Below, piece by piece: positions 14,534-29,500 of a stretch of 64,000 nucleotides of DNA; the stretch's first letter is position 1, and the number at the start of each line of letters is the position of its first letter. Below the pieces are notes generated by a model that saw nothing but the letters and a program-made list of their open reading frames with translations, searched no databases and was not told where the DNA came from. The stretch lies in the NCBI GenBank assembly GCA_964016885.1, contig OZ024761.1, positions 15,314,001-15,378,000 of the forward strand. Reading direction: 5' to 3'. Made by a program: the position numbers and the translations under genes. The DNA comes from Eledone cirrhosa. Its lineage: Eukaryota.

Positions 14534-17500
14534 ATATATATATATATATATTTGAAAATGTGTGAGATCCTTGGTACACTTAGGTATATTTGAAAAAAAA
14601 GGAAAAGAATGATTTCACTTGTTGTGTTAAAAAATTTATGATTTAATATAATAATATTATGAGTTGGTAGATCTAGTAAGTTCTTTGTTAACTTCGGTGG
14701 GAAGAATTTTAGAGATTCCTGGTTAACTTGGGTTGGAGAACTTTCTCGCATTCGTCTGTCTGTGGCGATTGTCAAACTGAGATCAGGTTGTGTTGAAATG
14801 TGTGACTATATATAAGAGAGATTTGGATGTGTCTGGGGTGTGGTGTTAATGAGTGTTGATGATGATGAAGGTCCGGAGGAATTAAAGTATACATACATAC
14901 ACACACACATACACACATACGTACACACACACACATACACACGCACATATATATATACACTCAGAAAATGGTGAGGTTGTAAGATAAGGGTGTTTGAGAA
15001 GGTGGTCATAAACCTACTCTCCTGCTGGTTTTAGTTCATTAGCTGACCTTTGATGAGTATATAATGGCATAGCTGAATCAACTCTTCCAAATCCATAAAG
15101 AATATCTTCTACAAATTTCTATATCAAAGATGAATTTAGGTGCTTGTCTGGGTTTTAATGAGGTGTAAGATACATGTCTTTTGATAAGAATGGGATGACA
15201 GGAAAAAGAGAAAAGAAGGATAGTTTGGGAACATTTGTCAAAGATGTGTTGTTGATATTGGTCTGGGAGAGGAAGTGTGGGGGGGATATTCTGGCTCACA
15301 TATTCACTTCCCTATATGTAAATATATCTACAGTCCATATATACTACATACAAACACATATGCATATATATATATATATATACATATATATATTAGTATT
15401 GGTGTTCTGAAATAGTGATGTATACATGAATGTATGTAGAGTATGTTTGGCAATATACGGTATGTTTAATTAAAAACATTTAGAAGACCTTTCGCTATCA
15501 GTTTTAAAGTAGTGAATATGTCACTTATTTTCAGCGAAACAATATCATTCATCATTATTTAATGTCTATTTTCCCTCCTATTAAGAATTGGACAGGTCAT
15601 CACAGACCAAGCCAGTACTTACTTGGAGTTGACCTCTTCTATAGTTCAGCAGCTTGGATATGATCAAATACACTACAGAGTTTACTGGGTGCATTTTATC
15701 ATGGCACCAACACTAGAGAGGCCATCACGTCCTTGACACACTGTAGTCTTTCCGACTCTTCATTTGAAGTTTTCTATAGTTGGCTGCCCTTCCTATCCTC
15801 AACCATATTACAGGGTGTACTGGGTGTGTTTTAATGTGATATCAATGCTACAGAGATTGTTGTTCCCTTGACAACGAGTCCTTCCGACTCCTTGTTTGGC
15901 CTGATTTCTTTGGTTGGATGCCCTTCTTATCACCAACTGCATTACAGGCTGTGCTGGGTGCATTTTATCATGGCACCAACACTAGGGAGGCCATCATGTC
16001 TTTGACACAACTGGCGAGTCCTTCCAACTCTTTGTTTGACAAGTTTTCTATGGTTAGATGCCTCCCCTATCCCTAACCATTATCATGGCACTAACACGAG
16101 TGGTTAAGGTGCCCTTGGCTCACCTAAAGAAGCCACTCCTCTCAACCCATGCTATACATCTATGAAACCAAGTGTTGTACTTACAGTGTCATTAAGGAGA
16201 ATCACCTCAACATTGAAAAGAGGGTTTGGTGCTGCTTTAGTGTCTATATTGATTGCTTTAGTTATAGTCTGTAGGGAATACTTGATGTTCAGTCGGAACG
16301 CCTCTTCTATCATTCTGTCCATGTTGTCAATATGGATGAACCAATGATTGTAGACCTGCAACAAACAACAGATTGAGAGAGAGAAATATTTTGAGAGATA
16401 TAGTTTATATAAAGCATTGAGAGATAAAGAGTACACCAACCACTTTACAGAGTGTACTGGGTGTGCTTTTTATCATTCTTCTTCTTTTCTTAAAGTTTGT
16501 CTCAAGTCCAGAAGGCTCGTTAGGCCAGTGCTTATCCCGGCTTTGTGGCATGAAGACCTTGAGAATACTAGAATTCCCCCTGGACAGGATGTCAGTCCAT
16601 CATAGGGTTAACCTCCCCTGCTATTGCCGGTACTCATTTTCAGCTGAGTATACTGGAGCAATGTGAAATGAAGTGTTTTGTTCAAGAACACAACACACAT
16701 CCCAGCCTAGGAATTGAACCCACAATGTTATGATTCTAAGTCCAACACCCTTACCACAAGGCCACATGCCTCCACTCTTGTTATGCCCACTAATTCCTGA
16801 GAGGATTGTGAGACCTCAGACACAACTTCCAGATGGTGCTATTGGAAGTAACTGTCACCAAACAATCTGGGAAGTTCCTCAACTGAGATCAACTGCAGTT
16901 ATGGATGTTATACAACCATCTTGCTCATGGTCTAACTTTCAGTTGGCTTTGCCAGTAAAATCTGCATTTATCGTACATAAATTAAAAAAATTTCCTTTGT
17001 TAGAAATATTGAAAAGTTGAAAATACTTACATCAGCACCATCTTGTCTAAAAATATCAAACTGCCTGTCTATGATGTCAAGAATTTCTTTATGAACTTCA
17101 GTTAATTTACCAGCTGTCTTCATCTGATGATATTCCTATAAGAAAGATATACACAAAACAGTGTAACCCCTGTTGTTATGATATTTTTGATGGAAGGGTG
17201 GTGGATTGGCAGAATCAGAAAAGCATCTAACAACATGCTTAGCGGAATAGAGTTATGCTTTCAAGTGCTGACAATATTGTCAGGTCACTCTTGAGTTTTA
17301 CTGGTAGCATGTAACCCAGTACAACCTGTCACATCGTCGGGTCGTCAGCGACTAAACCGGCAACCCCACCAAGTTTACTTGGTGAGGAGGGTGATTTTGG
17401 ACACCCTGGAGGACAAAAAATAAAACCTGACAAAAGGCGGAAGAACTCATAAGAGTCAATGGCATCTAAAAAAAAAATCCTGCCAAATCAATGGGTGGCA

Positions 17501-20500
17501 GTAGTTCCAGCTGCACGCATTGAAAGACTGGTGTAGTGGTTCTGAGAACAATGTGGCTTTGCAGATCATCAATGCAAATTGACAATAGAAAGGCACTCCC
17601 GCTCAAGTTAGAAGAGAACTTTTGACCTTCAGGAGAAGCAGCGACCCCTGATTGTATTCAGCAACCGAAACAAATATGAAGTACACCAAATCCAACGCTC
17701 CTAGGGGTGGCCCTGCTTCTTCTTATTTGTGAGTGTAAACTCGGCCAGATTAGATTAGATCAAGTGCTGTTTGACATTGGCTATAGTATCCACGAGAAGC
17801 AGGAGAATGACACCAATTGCCATATGTATTAGCTCATGGAATCAAATTTCTTGTGCAAATTGTTGTGTTTAGGTCGTGTGTATGCATGTAGGTGCATCCT
17901 TTTATGTCAAGTATTGTGTGCTGAGTTCCATTCTGTTATTGATTGGTGGCTTGAGTCTATGTATAAGGCTTCCTTTCATTATAATCATCATTTAACATCT
18001 ATTTCCCACGCTAGCATGGGTTAGACGGGTTTGTCTCATTAGAGGCAAGTTGGATTGGGTGACTGTGTCTTGCTCATATAGAACTGTTTCTGGCTAGATT
18101 TCTACAGCTGGATGCCCTTCCTAACACCAACCACATTTACAGTGTGTGCTGGCTGCTTTTTGCCATGTCTCCTACATGACCACTTTACAGTGTGGGCTGG
18201 ATGTTTTTGTGATACCAACATAACTTTACAGAGCATGTGTGGTGTAGGGGTTTGAAAATCAAAGACAGTGTCTTTAATTAGAAAAATGGTGATGAAAGAG
18301 TTAAACCACAACCTACCCCCCACCCCCACCCCACTAAAAAAATGGTGGTGTTTGGAGGGGAAAGAGAGAGGTTATAATAGTGAGTGGTTCTTTCAGTTAT
18401 AACCTCCTTATCCCTTTAGCATTCACATTACTCTATATTTACTATTGTATTTTCATGGTAAAGGCTTTACCTCACATAGTATCATCTCACATAATATGGA
18501 ATCTATGAGATTTCGATACTTATTTTGAGAACAATGCCATAACATTGGTATGAGTGGCGAGTTATGATTGGTTTGAATAGAAAAGAGGCGAGAGAATTCT
18601 GGCCGGATATGGCCGGTTTAAATGCTAAAGGGTTAACCTTACCTGTTGGATACCGAATTCTAAATTTTCATAAATCTTTCTGGAATCAATGTCTGACAGT
18701 AACATTTCACTGATGAGAACACAGTTCATAGCAATTTTCAGGTTGTCCGCCTTGAAACTATCAATTTTCTGCTGGATCTTCTCGGCACTATTTCGGCAGT
18801 CTGCAATGAATGCATCGGTGGTACCTTTGGAATTCCAAGTCAGCTTGGTGAGGCCCGGAAGGATTTTCTTGTCCAAGTACTTGATGCGTTCTTTAAATAG
18901 GCCTCGCTCATTTTTATTTAGGGAATTGATGATCCTGAATAAATAAAGAAAGTGTAATGAAGAGCAGGAGCAAGGAAGAGTTCTGAAGATGGAAATGAGT
19001 AGCAGCATGCACCCAGTTCACTCTGCAGAGTGTCGTAACATATGTAATCAAGATGTTAATTAGTCTCTCACCTGTTGTAATCTCGGACTACGAGGAGTAC
19101 GTGTTCACGGCGCTCTCTTAAATCCTTGTGCTTTGAATAAACTCTGGCAGCATAGTAGGGTATTTCAAACATAAGATATTCCCAGTAATGAATCTCATTC
19201 AACATTTTTAGTAAAGACCTGAGAAAGATTGATAAGGAAGAAATAAAAAATTAAAATTGTTGAAATAGATGAAAGTTGAGGTTGGTAGGAGATGGTGGTG
19301 ACACTGGTAGTACAGTGGGGCCACTGGTAGTACAGTGGGGCCACTGGTAGTACAGTGGGGCCACTGGTAGTACAGTGGAGCCACTGGTAGTACAGTGGGG
19401 CCACTGGTAGTACGGTGGGACCACTGGTAGTACAGTGGGGCCACTGGTAGTACAGTGGGGCCACTGGTAGTACAGTGGGGCCACTGGTAGTACAGTGGGG
19501 CCACTGGCAGTACAGTGGGGCCACTGGTAGTACAGTGGGGCCACTGGTAGTGCAGCAAACTCATACGTGTGTAGTTTCAAAGATGCTGTAAAGCTCCACA
19601 GAAATTTGGTAAAATCAAATTGATTCCTAAGGTGAACTAGGAATCAATAGACACTCTTGACAGGTGCAATGCGTCTGAACACGGGAGAGCTAAACTCCCA
19701 CCGTCATCGCCCCCATCTCTCTGTATAGCGAGCAAATGGGGTCCCACGTGCTGGCCTCCCCACAGCCCCGGCGTACAGAATGAAGAAGGCGTTTCCCTAG
19801 AGGATGGTGAGGGAGATGTGCTGGAAGAGCCAGCGATTATTTTCATGTATAGTTGATCCCCGCTTGGTTTGTGTGGTTCTAAATCTAATTTTGAGGTCCG
19901 TGTGATTAATTCAATGTATAATAGGAATATTGAATATTTTAAAACACAGGATCTGTTATCGAAGAACTGGGACAATTTGTTGGGGGTGGGGGGGGTATAT
20001 GTCTGTCACCAAAGAACTGGGACAGTTTCGGGAGTGGGATTGTCTGTCATCAAAGAACTGTGATGGGGTTTTTTGGGGAAGGTGGGGAGGGTTCTGTCAT
20101 CAGGGAAATGGGACAGTTTGGGGAGTGGGGTTGGCATGAAAATGGTTTAAGAAGAATAACTGTCACTTACTTGTCAAAATTGATTTGTAGGACTGGTATA
20201 TTATTTACCGTTGTCTTCTGCATCAATGGAAGGTCCAAATATGTGAGGGGGTCCTACAAAAGATAGAAAAGGAGGACACCCTGAGATAGACATAACCCTT
20301 TTGATTCAAAGCTCCAATGTTTTTTTTAGGGTTTCAGTTTTGGGGCTGACATAACCCTTTTGATTCATAGCTCCAATATTTTTTATTAGGGTTTAAGTTC
20401 TGGGGCAGATATAACCCTTTTTATTCAAAGCCCTAATGTTTTTATTAGGGCTTCAGTTCTGGGGCAGACATAACCCTTTTTATTCAAAGCCCCAATGTTT

Positions 20501-23500
20501 TTATTAGGGCTTCAGTTCTGGGGCAGACATAATCCTTTTTATTCAAAGCCCCAATGTTTTTATTAGGGCTTCAGTTCTGGGGCAGACATAATCCTTTTTA
20601 TTCAAAGCCTCACAAAACTGATTTGGATTTGGTTTCCACAGCTGGATGCCCTTCCTAACGCCAACTACATATCTGTATAAATATATCAGTCAGTCAGTCT
20701 CTCTCTATCTATATATATATATATAGACTGATTCTCAGACTAGGTGATGTGTTGTTTCCTTGAGCAAGACACTTTATTTCACATTGGTCCAGTTTACTCA
20801 GCTGTAGAAATGAGATGATAGGAACTGGGGTCCATATCATTCCACTGCAAAATGGTTGTAGAGGTGCCACAGCAAAAAAAAAAGCACCCAGCACTTACTG
20901 TAAAATGAGGTTGGTGTTAGGAAGGGCATCCAGCTGTAGAAATCAAGCCAGAATCAGTTCCCGTCCCACCCTTGCAAGCAGGGAAAAGCGGACGTAAAAT
21001 GATGATGATGATGATGATGATATATAGACTATACATATCTGTGTCTATATATAGCAGTCTATATATATCTGTATATATATATATCAGTCTACATAAACTC
21101 GAATTCCATTCATTAGAAATATGGGAATGTAAGGACCAAAGAACAACAAAAGAAGGATTAACTGAAGATTGCCCAAACACATACCTTGTCTAAACTCAAA
21201 TTCCATTCATCGAAGTACTTTCTGATATTCTCATCTAAGGCTGTGGTGAGTTGGTGATAATTCTTTATGATATCACCATACATTGTTTGATTGAGGAAAT
21301 ATGCCTTGTCTATCACCTGCAAGGAAGAAGGGCAACATATGACAACAAACATCAACTCTTTAGCATTTACATTACTCTATATTTACTATTGTATTTTCAT
21401 GGTAAAGGCTTTATCTTATATAATATTGAATCTATGAGATTTTGATGTTATTTATTTTGAGAACAATACCTTAACTAGAGGAATAAGTCGTACAGGCTCA
21501 CCCCTTATCTCCCTTTGTTGTGGAACTCTTCTTTCGTCATAAATGACTCCCTCATCAAACCCCTTCCTGGGATCCTTGAACCCTAATTGACCCCTTCACG
21601 GGATCCTTAACACCCTCATCAAAAAAACCCTTCATGTGATGTTTAACTCCCTCATCAAACCCCTTCATGGGATCCTTAACTCCCTCATAAAATCCTGTCA
21701 TGGCCCTTAACTCCATCAAACCCCTTCATGGAATCCTTAACTCCCTCATCAAACCCCAATGTTTTTATTAGGGTTTCAGTTCTGGGGAAGACATAATATC
21801 CTTCATGGGATCCTTAACTCCCTCATCAAATCCCTTCATGGGATCTTTGGACCCTAATTGACCCTTTCATAAAAGCAGCAGCAACATCTATAAAGAAGTG
21901 AAAAGCTGTAATGTTCGTGTGAGCCTTACTTACCTTCATAATGCCATCAATTCTTTGTTTCAGGGATTTCAACCAACAAGCAGCCCCGGAGTATTTGGGG
22001 TGGGTTTTCTGAAGGTTGGGTGACTTCTGAGTGAGTTCTTTCTTCACAGCATTTATTTCCTCGCTGAACATATTAAAAGTATCCCTCGTCTTCTTGTCAA
22101 TGGTCCTACGGATATTCTGTGAGAAAGGGATGGAATATAAATAAGGTTAAGGAGTTCTCATATCTAGTTTCTCCTCTCAGCTCATCTATGCTTCACCCTT
22201 CTTGAACAACTTAACATCTTGTCAGGTTACTCTTGAGTGCTACTGGTAGCATGTAACCCGGAACAACCTGTTGCATGGTCGGGTCGTCAGCCACTAAATC
22301 GGCAACCCCACCAAGTTTACTTGGTGAGGAGGGTGATTTTGGACACCCTGCATGACAAAAAATAAAACCTGACAAAGGGCGGAAGAACTCATAAGAGTCA
22401 ACGGCATCTAAAAAAAAAAATAAATCCTACCAAATCAATGGGTGGCAGTAGTTCCAGCTGCACGCATCGAAAAACTGGTGTAGTGGTTCTGAGAACAATG
22501 TGGCTTTGCAGATGATCAATGCAAATTGACAATGGAAAGGTGTTCCCACTCTAGTTGGAAGAGAACTATTGTCCTTCAGGAGAAGCAGCGACCCCTGATT
22601 GTATTTCAGCAACCAAAACAAATATGAAGTACACCAAATCCAATGCTCCTAGGGGTGGCCCTGGTTGTTCTTATTTGCGAGTGTAAACTTGGCCAGATTA
22701 GATTAGATTAGATTAACATCACACATCCATTGAAGCATGCTCACTAAGACTATCAACATAATCATCATCACTATTTTCCTTGCCTGCATGGGTTAGACGC
22801 GCTGTCACTTTATGAGGCCAGACAGGTTAGGTGACCACATCTTGCTCATATGATCTGTTTTGGGCCTGGTTTTCTATGGCTGGATGCTTTTCTTAAACAC
22901 AACTACCACACAGGGTAGACTGGGTATTTCTTGTTGTGGCACTAGCACTACCACCTTACATGGTGGACTTAGTGTTTTTTTTCATGACACCTGTATGACC
23001 CTCTCACAGAGTGGGCTAGGTGTTTTATCAACTATACTGATTTTAGATTTCAATGCAAAATTATCCATTCATACCCACACACCACCCACCCCACGGTAAA
23101 ATTGTAACGTGTTACCTCTCGATTGCATAAATGTATAAATATGTCGAGCAATTCAATTCCTTCTGACACTGTAGACACAGTTTCAAATGCAGTGTTTATC
23201 AACGCCTGTAGCATCACCTCCAAATCTTTTATGCCAGAACGAAACCTTATTCAAGAAGATAAAAAGAAAACAAAAAAGAAAATGAAAAATAAGGATTTTC
23301 TTTTAATAATGTTTTAAATAGTGACATTGGCACAGAAACATTGTTTCCTTCATCAGATCAGATGAAAGAAACAATGATTCCATTTCTCTTGAGCCAAACA
23401 TCAGATCAGACCAAGAAAACAATGTTTCCATAGCTGATAGCATCTGATACTCTAACAGTTCTACAGTAGAAAACCAAGTAAGACCAGGGAAGAGCAAGGA

Positions 23501-26500
23501 AGACCAACAAAGATAAAGTAAGACCACAGAAGATCAACGAAGACCAAGTAAGACTACAGAAGATCAACGAAGACCAAGTAAGACTACAGAAGATCAAGGA
23601 AGGCCAAGTAAGATCAAGGAAGAATGAGTAAGACCAAGTACGACCAAGTAAGACGACAGAAGATCAACAAAGACCAAGTAAGATCACAGAAGATCAAGGA
23701 AGACCAAGTAGGACCAAGGAAGACCACAGAAGATCAACAAAGACCAAGTAAGACCAAGGAAGACCACAGAAGATCAACGAAGACCAAGGAAGACCAAGTA
23801 ATATCAAGTAAGATCAAGGAAGTCCTAGTAGGATCAAGGAAGTCCTAGTAAGATCAAGGAAGACCTAGTAAGACCAGGGAAGACCCAGTAAGACCAAGTA
23901 AGACCACAGAAGATCAAGTAAGACCAGGGAAGACCAAGTAAGACCACTGAAGATAAAATAAGACCAAGGAAGACCACAGAAGATCAGGGAAGACCAGGGA
24001 AGACCAGGGAAGACCAAATAAGAGCAAGGAAGAGCAATGTAGACCAAGGAAATCCAAGTAAAACCAAGGAAGCCAAAGTAAAATAAAGTAAGACCAAGTA
24101 AGACCAATGAAGAGCAAGTAAGACTAATGAAGAGCTAGGAAGACCAAGGTAGATCAAGGTAGACCTGGTCAGAGGTGGTAAAAGCTGATCTCAGATCACT
24201 GAAGCTCACAGAGAAGATGACAAAGGACTGTGATGAGTGGAGGGGGGGGGGGAAGACCCATCCAACCCATGCAAGCATGAAAAAGTGGACATATGATGAT
24301 AATGATGATTGTTATGATGGTGATGGTGAGGATGATGAGGAGGATGATGAGGATGATGCTGCAGGGCTTGTACATACTGGTGGATGGTTCAAAGTAAAAC
24401 AAAACATGAAGAAAAAAGAAAAACAGAATATAAATAAAAGAGTATGGTGCCCAAGCATGGCCAATAAAACAATGTGGTACCCCAGCATGGCCGGTAAAAG
24501 ACATAAAAGAATGTGGTACCCCAGCATGGCCAGTAAAAGACATAAAAGAATGTGGTACCCCAGCATGGCCAGTAAAAGACATAAAAGAATGTGGTACCCC
24601 AGCATGGCCAGTAAAAGACATAAAAGAATGTGGTACCCCAGCATGGCCGGTAAAAGACATAAAAGAATGTGGTACCCCAGCATGGCCGGTAAAAGACATA
24701 AAAGAATGTGGTACCCCAGCATGGCCAGTAAAAGACATAAAAGAATGTGGTACCCCAGCATGGCCGGTAAAAGACATAAAAGAATGTGGTGCCCCAGCAT
24801 GGCCAGTAAAAGACATAAAAGAATGTGGTACCCCAGCATGGCCAGTAAAAGACATAAAAGAATGTGGTGTCCCAGCATGGCCAGTAAAAGACATAAAAGA
24901 ATGTGGTACCCCAGCATGGCCAGTAAAAGACATAAAAGAATGTGGTACCCCAGCATGGCCGGTAAAAGACATAAAAGAATGTGGTACCCCAGCATGGCCA
25001 GTAAAAGACATAAAAGAATGTGGTGTCCCAGCATGGCCAGTAAAAGACATAAAAGAATGTGGTACCCCAGCATGGCCAGTAAAAGACATAAAAGAATGTG
25101 GTACCCCAGCATGGCCGGTAAAAGACATAAAAGAATGTGGTACCCCAGCATGGCCGGTAAAAGACATAAAAGAATGTGGTACCCCAGCATGGCCAGTAAA
25201 AGACATAAAAGAATGTGGTACCCCAGCATGGCCGGTAAAAGACATAAAAGAATGTGGTGCCCCAGCATGGCCAGTAAAAGACATAAAAGAATGTGGTACC
25301 CCAGCATGGCCAGTAAAAGACATAAAAGAATGTGGTACCCCAGCATGGCCGGTAAAAGACATAAAAGAATGTGGTACCCCAGCATGGCCGGTAAAAGACA
25401 TAAAAGAATGTGGTACTCCAGCATGGCCAGTAAAAGACATAAAAGAATGTGGTACCCCAGCATGGCCGGTAAAAGACATAAAAGAATGTGGTACCCCAGC
25501 ATGGCCAGTAAAAGACATAAAAGAATGTGGTACTCCAGCATGGCCAGTAAAAGACATAAAAGAATGTGGTACTCCAGCATGGCCAGTAAAAGACATAAAA
25601 GAATGTGGTGCCCCAGCATGGCCAGTAAAAGACATAAAAGAATGTGGTACTCCAGCATGGCCAGTAAAAGACATAAAAGAATGTGGTGCCCCAGCATGGC
25701 CAGTAAAAGACATAAAAGAATGTGGCGTCCCAGCATGGCCAGTAAAAGACATAAAAGAATGTGGTACTCCAGCATGGCCAGTAAAAGACATAAAAGAATG
25801 TGGTGCCCCAGCATGGCCAGTAAAAGACATAAAAGAATGTGGTACTCCAGCATGGCCAGTAAAAGACATAAAAGAATGTGGTGCCCCAGCATGGCCAGTA
25901 AAAGACATAAAAGAATGTGGCGTCCCAGCATGGCCAGTAAAAGACATAAAAGAATGTGGTACCCCAGCATGGCCAGTAAAAGACATAAAAGAATGTGGCG
26001 TCCCAGCATGGCCAGTAAAAGACATAAAAGAATGTGGTACCCCAGCATGGCCAGTAAAAGACATAAAAGAATGTGGTGCCCCAGCATGGCCAGTAAAAGA
26101 CATAAAAGAATGTGGTACTCCAGCATGGCCAGTAAAAGACATAAAAGAATGTGGTGCCCCAGCATGGCCAGTAAAAGACATAAAAGAATGTGGTGTCCCA
26201 GCATAGCCAATAAAAGAATGTGGTACCCCAGCATGGACAGTAAAAGACATGAAAGAATGTGGTACCCCAGCATGGCCAGTAAAAGACATAAAAGAATGTG
26301 GTGTCCCAGCATAGCCAATAAAAGAATGTGGTACCCCAGCATGGACAGTAAAAGACATGAAAGAATGTGGTACCCCAGCATGGCCAGTAAAAGACATAAA
26401 AGAATGTGGTACTCCAGCATGGCCAGTAAAAGACATAAAAGAATGTGGTGTCCCAGCATAGCCAATAAAAGAATGTGGTACCCCAGCATGGACAGTAAAA

Positions 26501-29500
26501 GACATGAAAGAATGTGGTACCCCAGCATGGCCAGTAAAAGACATAAAAGAATGTGGTACCCCAGCATGGCCAATAAAAGAATGTGGTGCCCCAGCATGGC
26601 CAGTAAAAGACATAAACCAATTTGCTATTCACTTACTTGTTAAAGTCATCATGCCAGCTGGTAGATTTAATGTCTAGAATAGTTTTCTGCACTGATCTTA
26701 ACTGGGTCAGATGTTTTTGGTGAGCCTGCTCAATTCCTAAAATGCCTCGTGCAATCTCTGGTCCTTGTTGGCCTCCAAAACGAGGCATTTCAATTTGTAC
26801 CCCTTCTTCCATACGAGCAAAATGGACTTGGGTGTCACAAACCTACAAATAAAGTGATTTATGTTTGAGTTTTGCTGATGACAGGTGATGTAGTGGTGTA
26901 GTGGTTAGGGCGCTGAGTTGATGATTGTGAGGTTGTCAGTTCAATTCCAAAACCTGGTGGTGTATCGTGTCCTTGAGCAAGACACTTAATTTGCAACACA
27001 TATAGTGTAACAAAGCGTAATTTACAAATAACAGGAAAAAATAAAACAACTAGAACTTGAGGAGAATAGCCCTTTTTAATAATTGCACTTCATGCAAACA
27101 GCTCCCTCCATGATCCTCCCCCCACCCCTGCAAAGGGTAGGGATGGGGCAGGCTCTGATTTATCTACTGACACAGAAACTACAATTATTATTACTCACCT
27201 GCATTGGCAGTATCAGTAGAGCATCAGACACCATGCTTTGCGACATAGGGTTAGGGTCCTTTACATTCTGAGTTCAAATCCCGCTGAGATTAGCTTTGCT
27301 TTTCATCCTTATGGGGTCGATAAGATAAAGCACCAGGTCAATTTAATCGACTTTCCCCCTCTCCCCAAACTGTTGGCCTTGTACTTATAGTAGAAATCAT
27401 TATTACTCACCTCAAGTAGGTCCTTGCAACGCTGCACGAAAGCATCAATTTGTGCAAAGATGCTTGTCAAGTCGAGGACCCAAACTTTAGATGAAAATCT
27501 GTTGTGTAGGGAGGATGTCTAGAAAAGAAAAAAAAAAGGATTCATTAAGTTTATATAGGTCAGGGTTCCCCAGATTGGTTGATATTGATATTGCTGATGA
27601 ATGACTGATGGCTATCAACAGATGTGGATGAATGAGTGATGGCTATCAACAGATGTGGATGAATGAGTGATGGCTATCAACAGATGTGGATGAATGAGTG
27701 ATGACTATCAACAGATGTGGATGAATGAGTGATGACTATCAACAGATGTAAATGAGCAAACGATGGCCATCAACAGATGTGGATGAATGAGTGATGGCTA
27801 TCAACAGATGTGGATGAGTAAATGATGGCTAACAACAGATGTGGATGGATGTGCAGTAGATGTCATCTAAGAATCTCATTTGGCCATGCTGTGTCCAGTA
27901 AAAAATAAAAAATCTATTGAACTGACCGTTTCATATTTCTCCCTCCATTTCTCACAGCATCCGATACAGTCATTAAGTATCTGCAAACTACTCTTTATAT
28001 ATCCGTCAAACACCTTGTCTAAGTTGATGGCCTTGCAGCATTGGTGGATGATCTCATTACTAAGCTGTAATTAAACAGATTAACAATCATTGACATGCTA
28101 TAATTGAACAATCAAACAATCACAGCTAAGCTATAATTAACCTTTTAGCATTTACATTACTCTATATATCATCATCATCATTTTACGTCCACTCTTCCCT
28201 GCTTGCAAGGATGGGACGGGTCTTATTCAGCACAGCATCTCTCCACTTGTCACGGTCCTTTGTCATCTCCACCGTGAGCTTCAGCAATCTGAGGTCTGTT
28301 CTCACCACCTCCACCCATGTTTTTCGTGGTCTACCTCTACCACGTCTTCCTTCAACTGGCATTTCCTGGCACTTCTTCACCCGTCAGTCATCCTCCATGT
28401 GCATCACATGTCCATACCACCTCAGTCTCCTCTCTCGCACACTACATTCTATCCCTCTCAGACACAGTTTCTCTCTCAACACATTCATGCTGGGTCATTC
28501 ACGCACATTGACATTGCACATCCAACGGAGTATGCATGCCTCATTTCTCTCCAGCCATCTCATATCCTCTGCAGTTACTGCCCATGTCTCACTACCATGC
28601 AGCATCACGCTCCTCACACAGGCATCATCATCATCATTTTACGTCCACTTTTCCCTGCTTGCAAGGGTGGGACGGGAACTGATTCTGGCTTGATTTCTAC
28701 AGCTGGATGCCCTTCCTAACACCAACCTCATTTACAGTGAGTGCTGGGTGCTTTTTTTGCCGTGGCACCTCCACGACCACTTTGCAGTGGAATGATAGGG
28801 ACCCCAGTCCCTATCATCTCATTTCTACAGCTGAGTAAACTGGAGCAATGTGAAATAAAGTGTCTTGCTCAAGGACTCAACACATCACCCGGTCTGAGAA
28901 TTGAACTCACAACCTTTAAATTGCAAGGCCAATGCTCTAACCACTAAGCCATGTGCCTCCATCATATCTATACTATTATATTGTCACAGTAAAGGCTCTA
29001 CCTCACTTAATTATCTCACTTAATATCGAATGAGATTTTGATATTTATTTTGGGAACCATATATTTACATCAGTATGAGCGGCCGTTTAAAGCAGGTTTG
29101 AACAGAAAGAGGTGAGAGAATTCTGGCCGGATACAGCTGGTTTAAATGCTAAAGGGTTAAGCAATCGCTACTAAGCTGTAATTAGTAGGTGGCAAACTGG
29201 CAGAGCCATTAGAGTGTCTGATAGAATGCTTTGCGGTATTTGTTTCGACTCTCTACTCTCTCAGTTCAAATCTTACTGAGGTCAACTTTGCCTTTCATCC
29301 ATTCGAGGTTGATAAAAAAAAAATGCCAGTCAAGTAATGGGGAATCGACCCTCCCTCTATATCTCTTTCTCTCTCACTCTCTCTATCCTTCTCTGAAAGA
29401 AATCTGCTGTATTCATACCGGGAGAAAAAATGGGCTCCGCCAGGTTTTAAAATTGCCCTAGAAATGCCATATATCGACACAACACCCTTACGACTCCCTC

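Noticed and set aside
22146-22153. TCCTTAAC U12-like branch motif upstream of exon 11
   Set aside because: About 30 nt from the AG and the donor is U2-type (GTAACA); not called U12
23339-23378. Short inverted repeat containing CTGATGA and GAAA on minus
   Set aside because: No room for stem II; not a hammerhead fold
24175-26643. Four overlapping 750-820 aa ORFs
   Set aside because: A 39-bp unit (multiple of 3) without stops in several frames; intronic minisatellite
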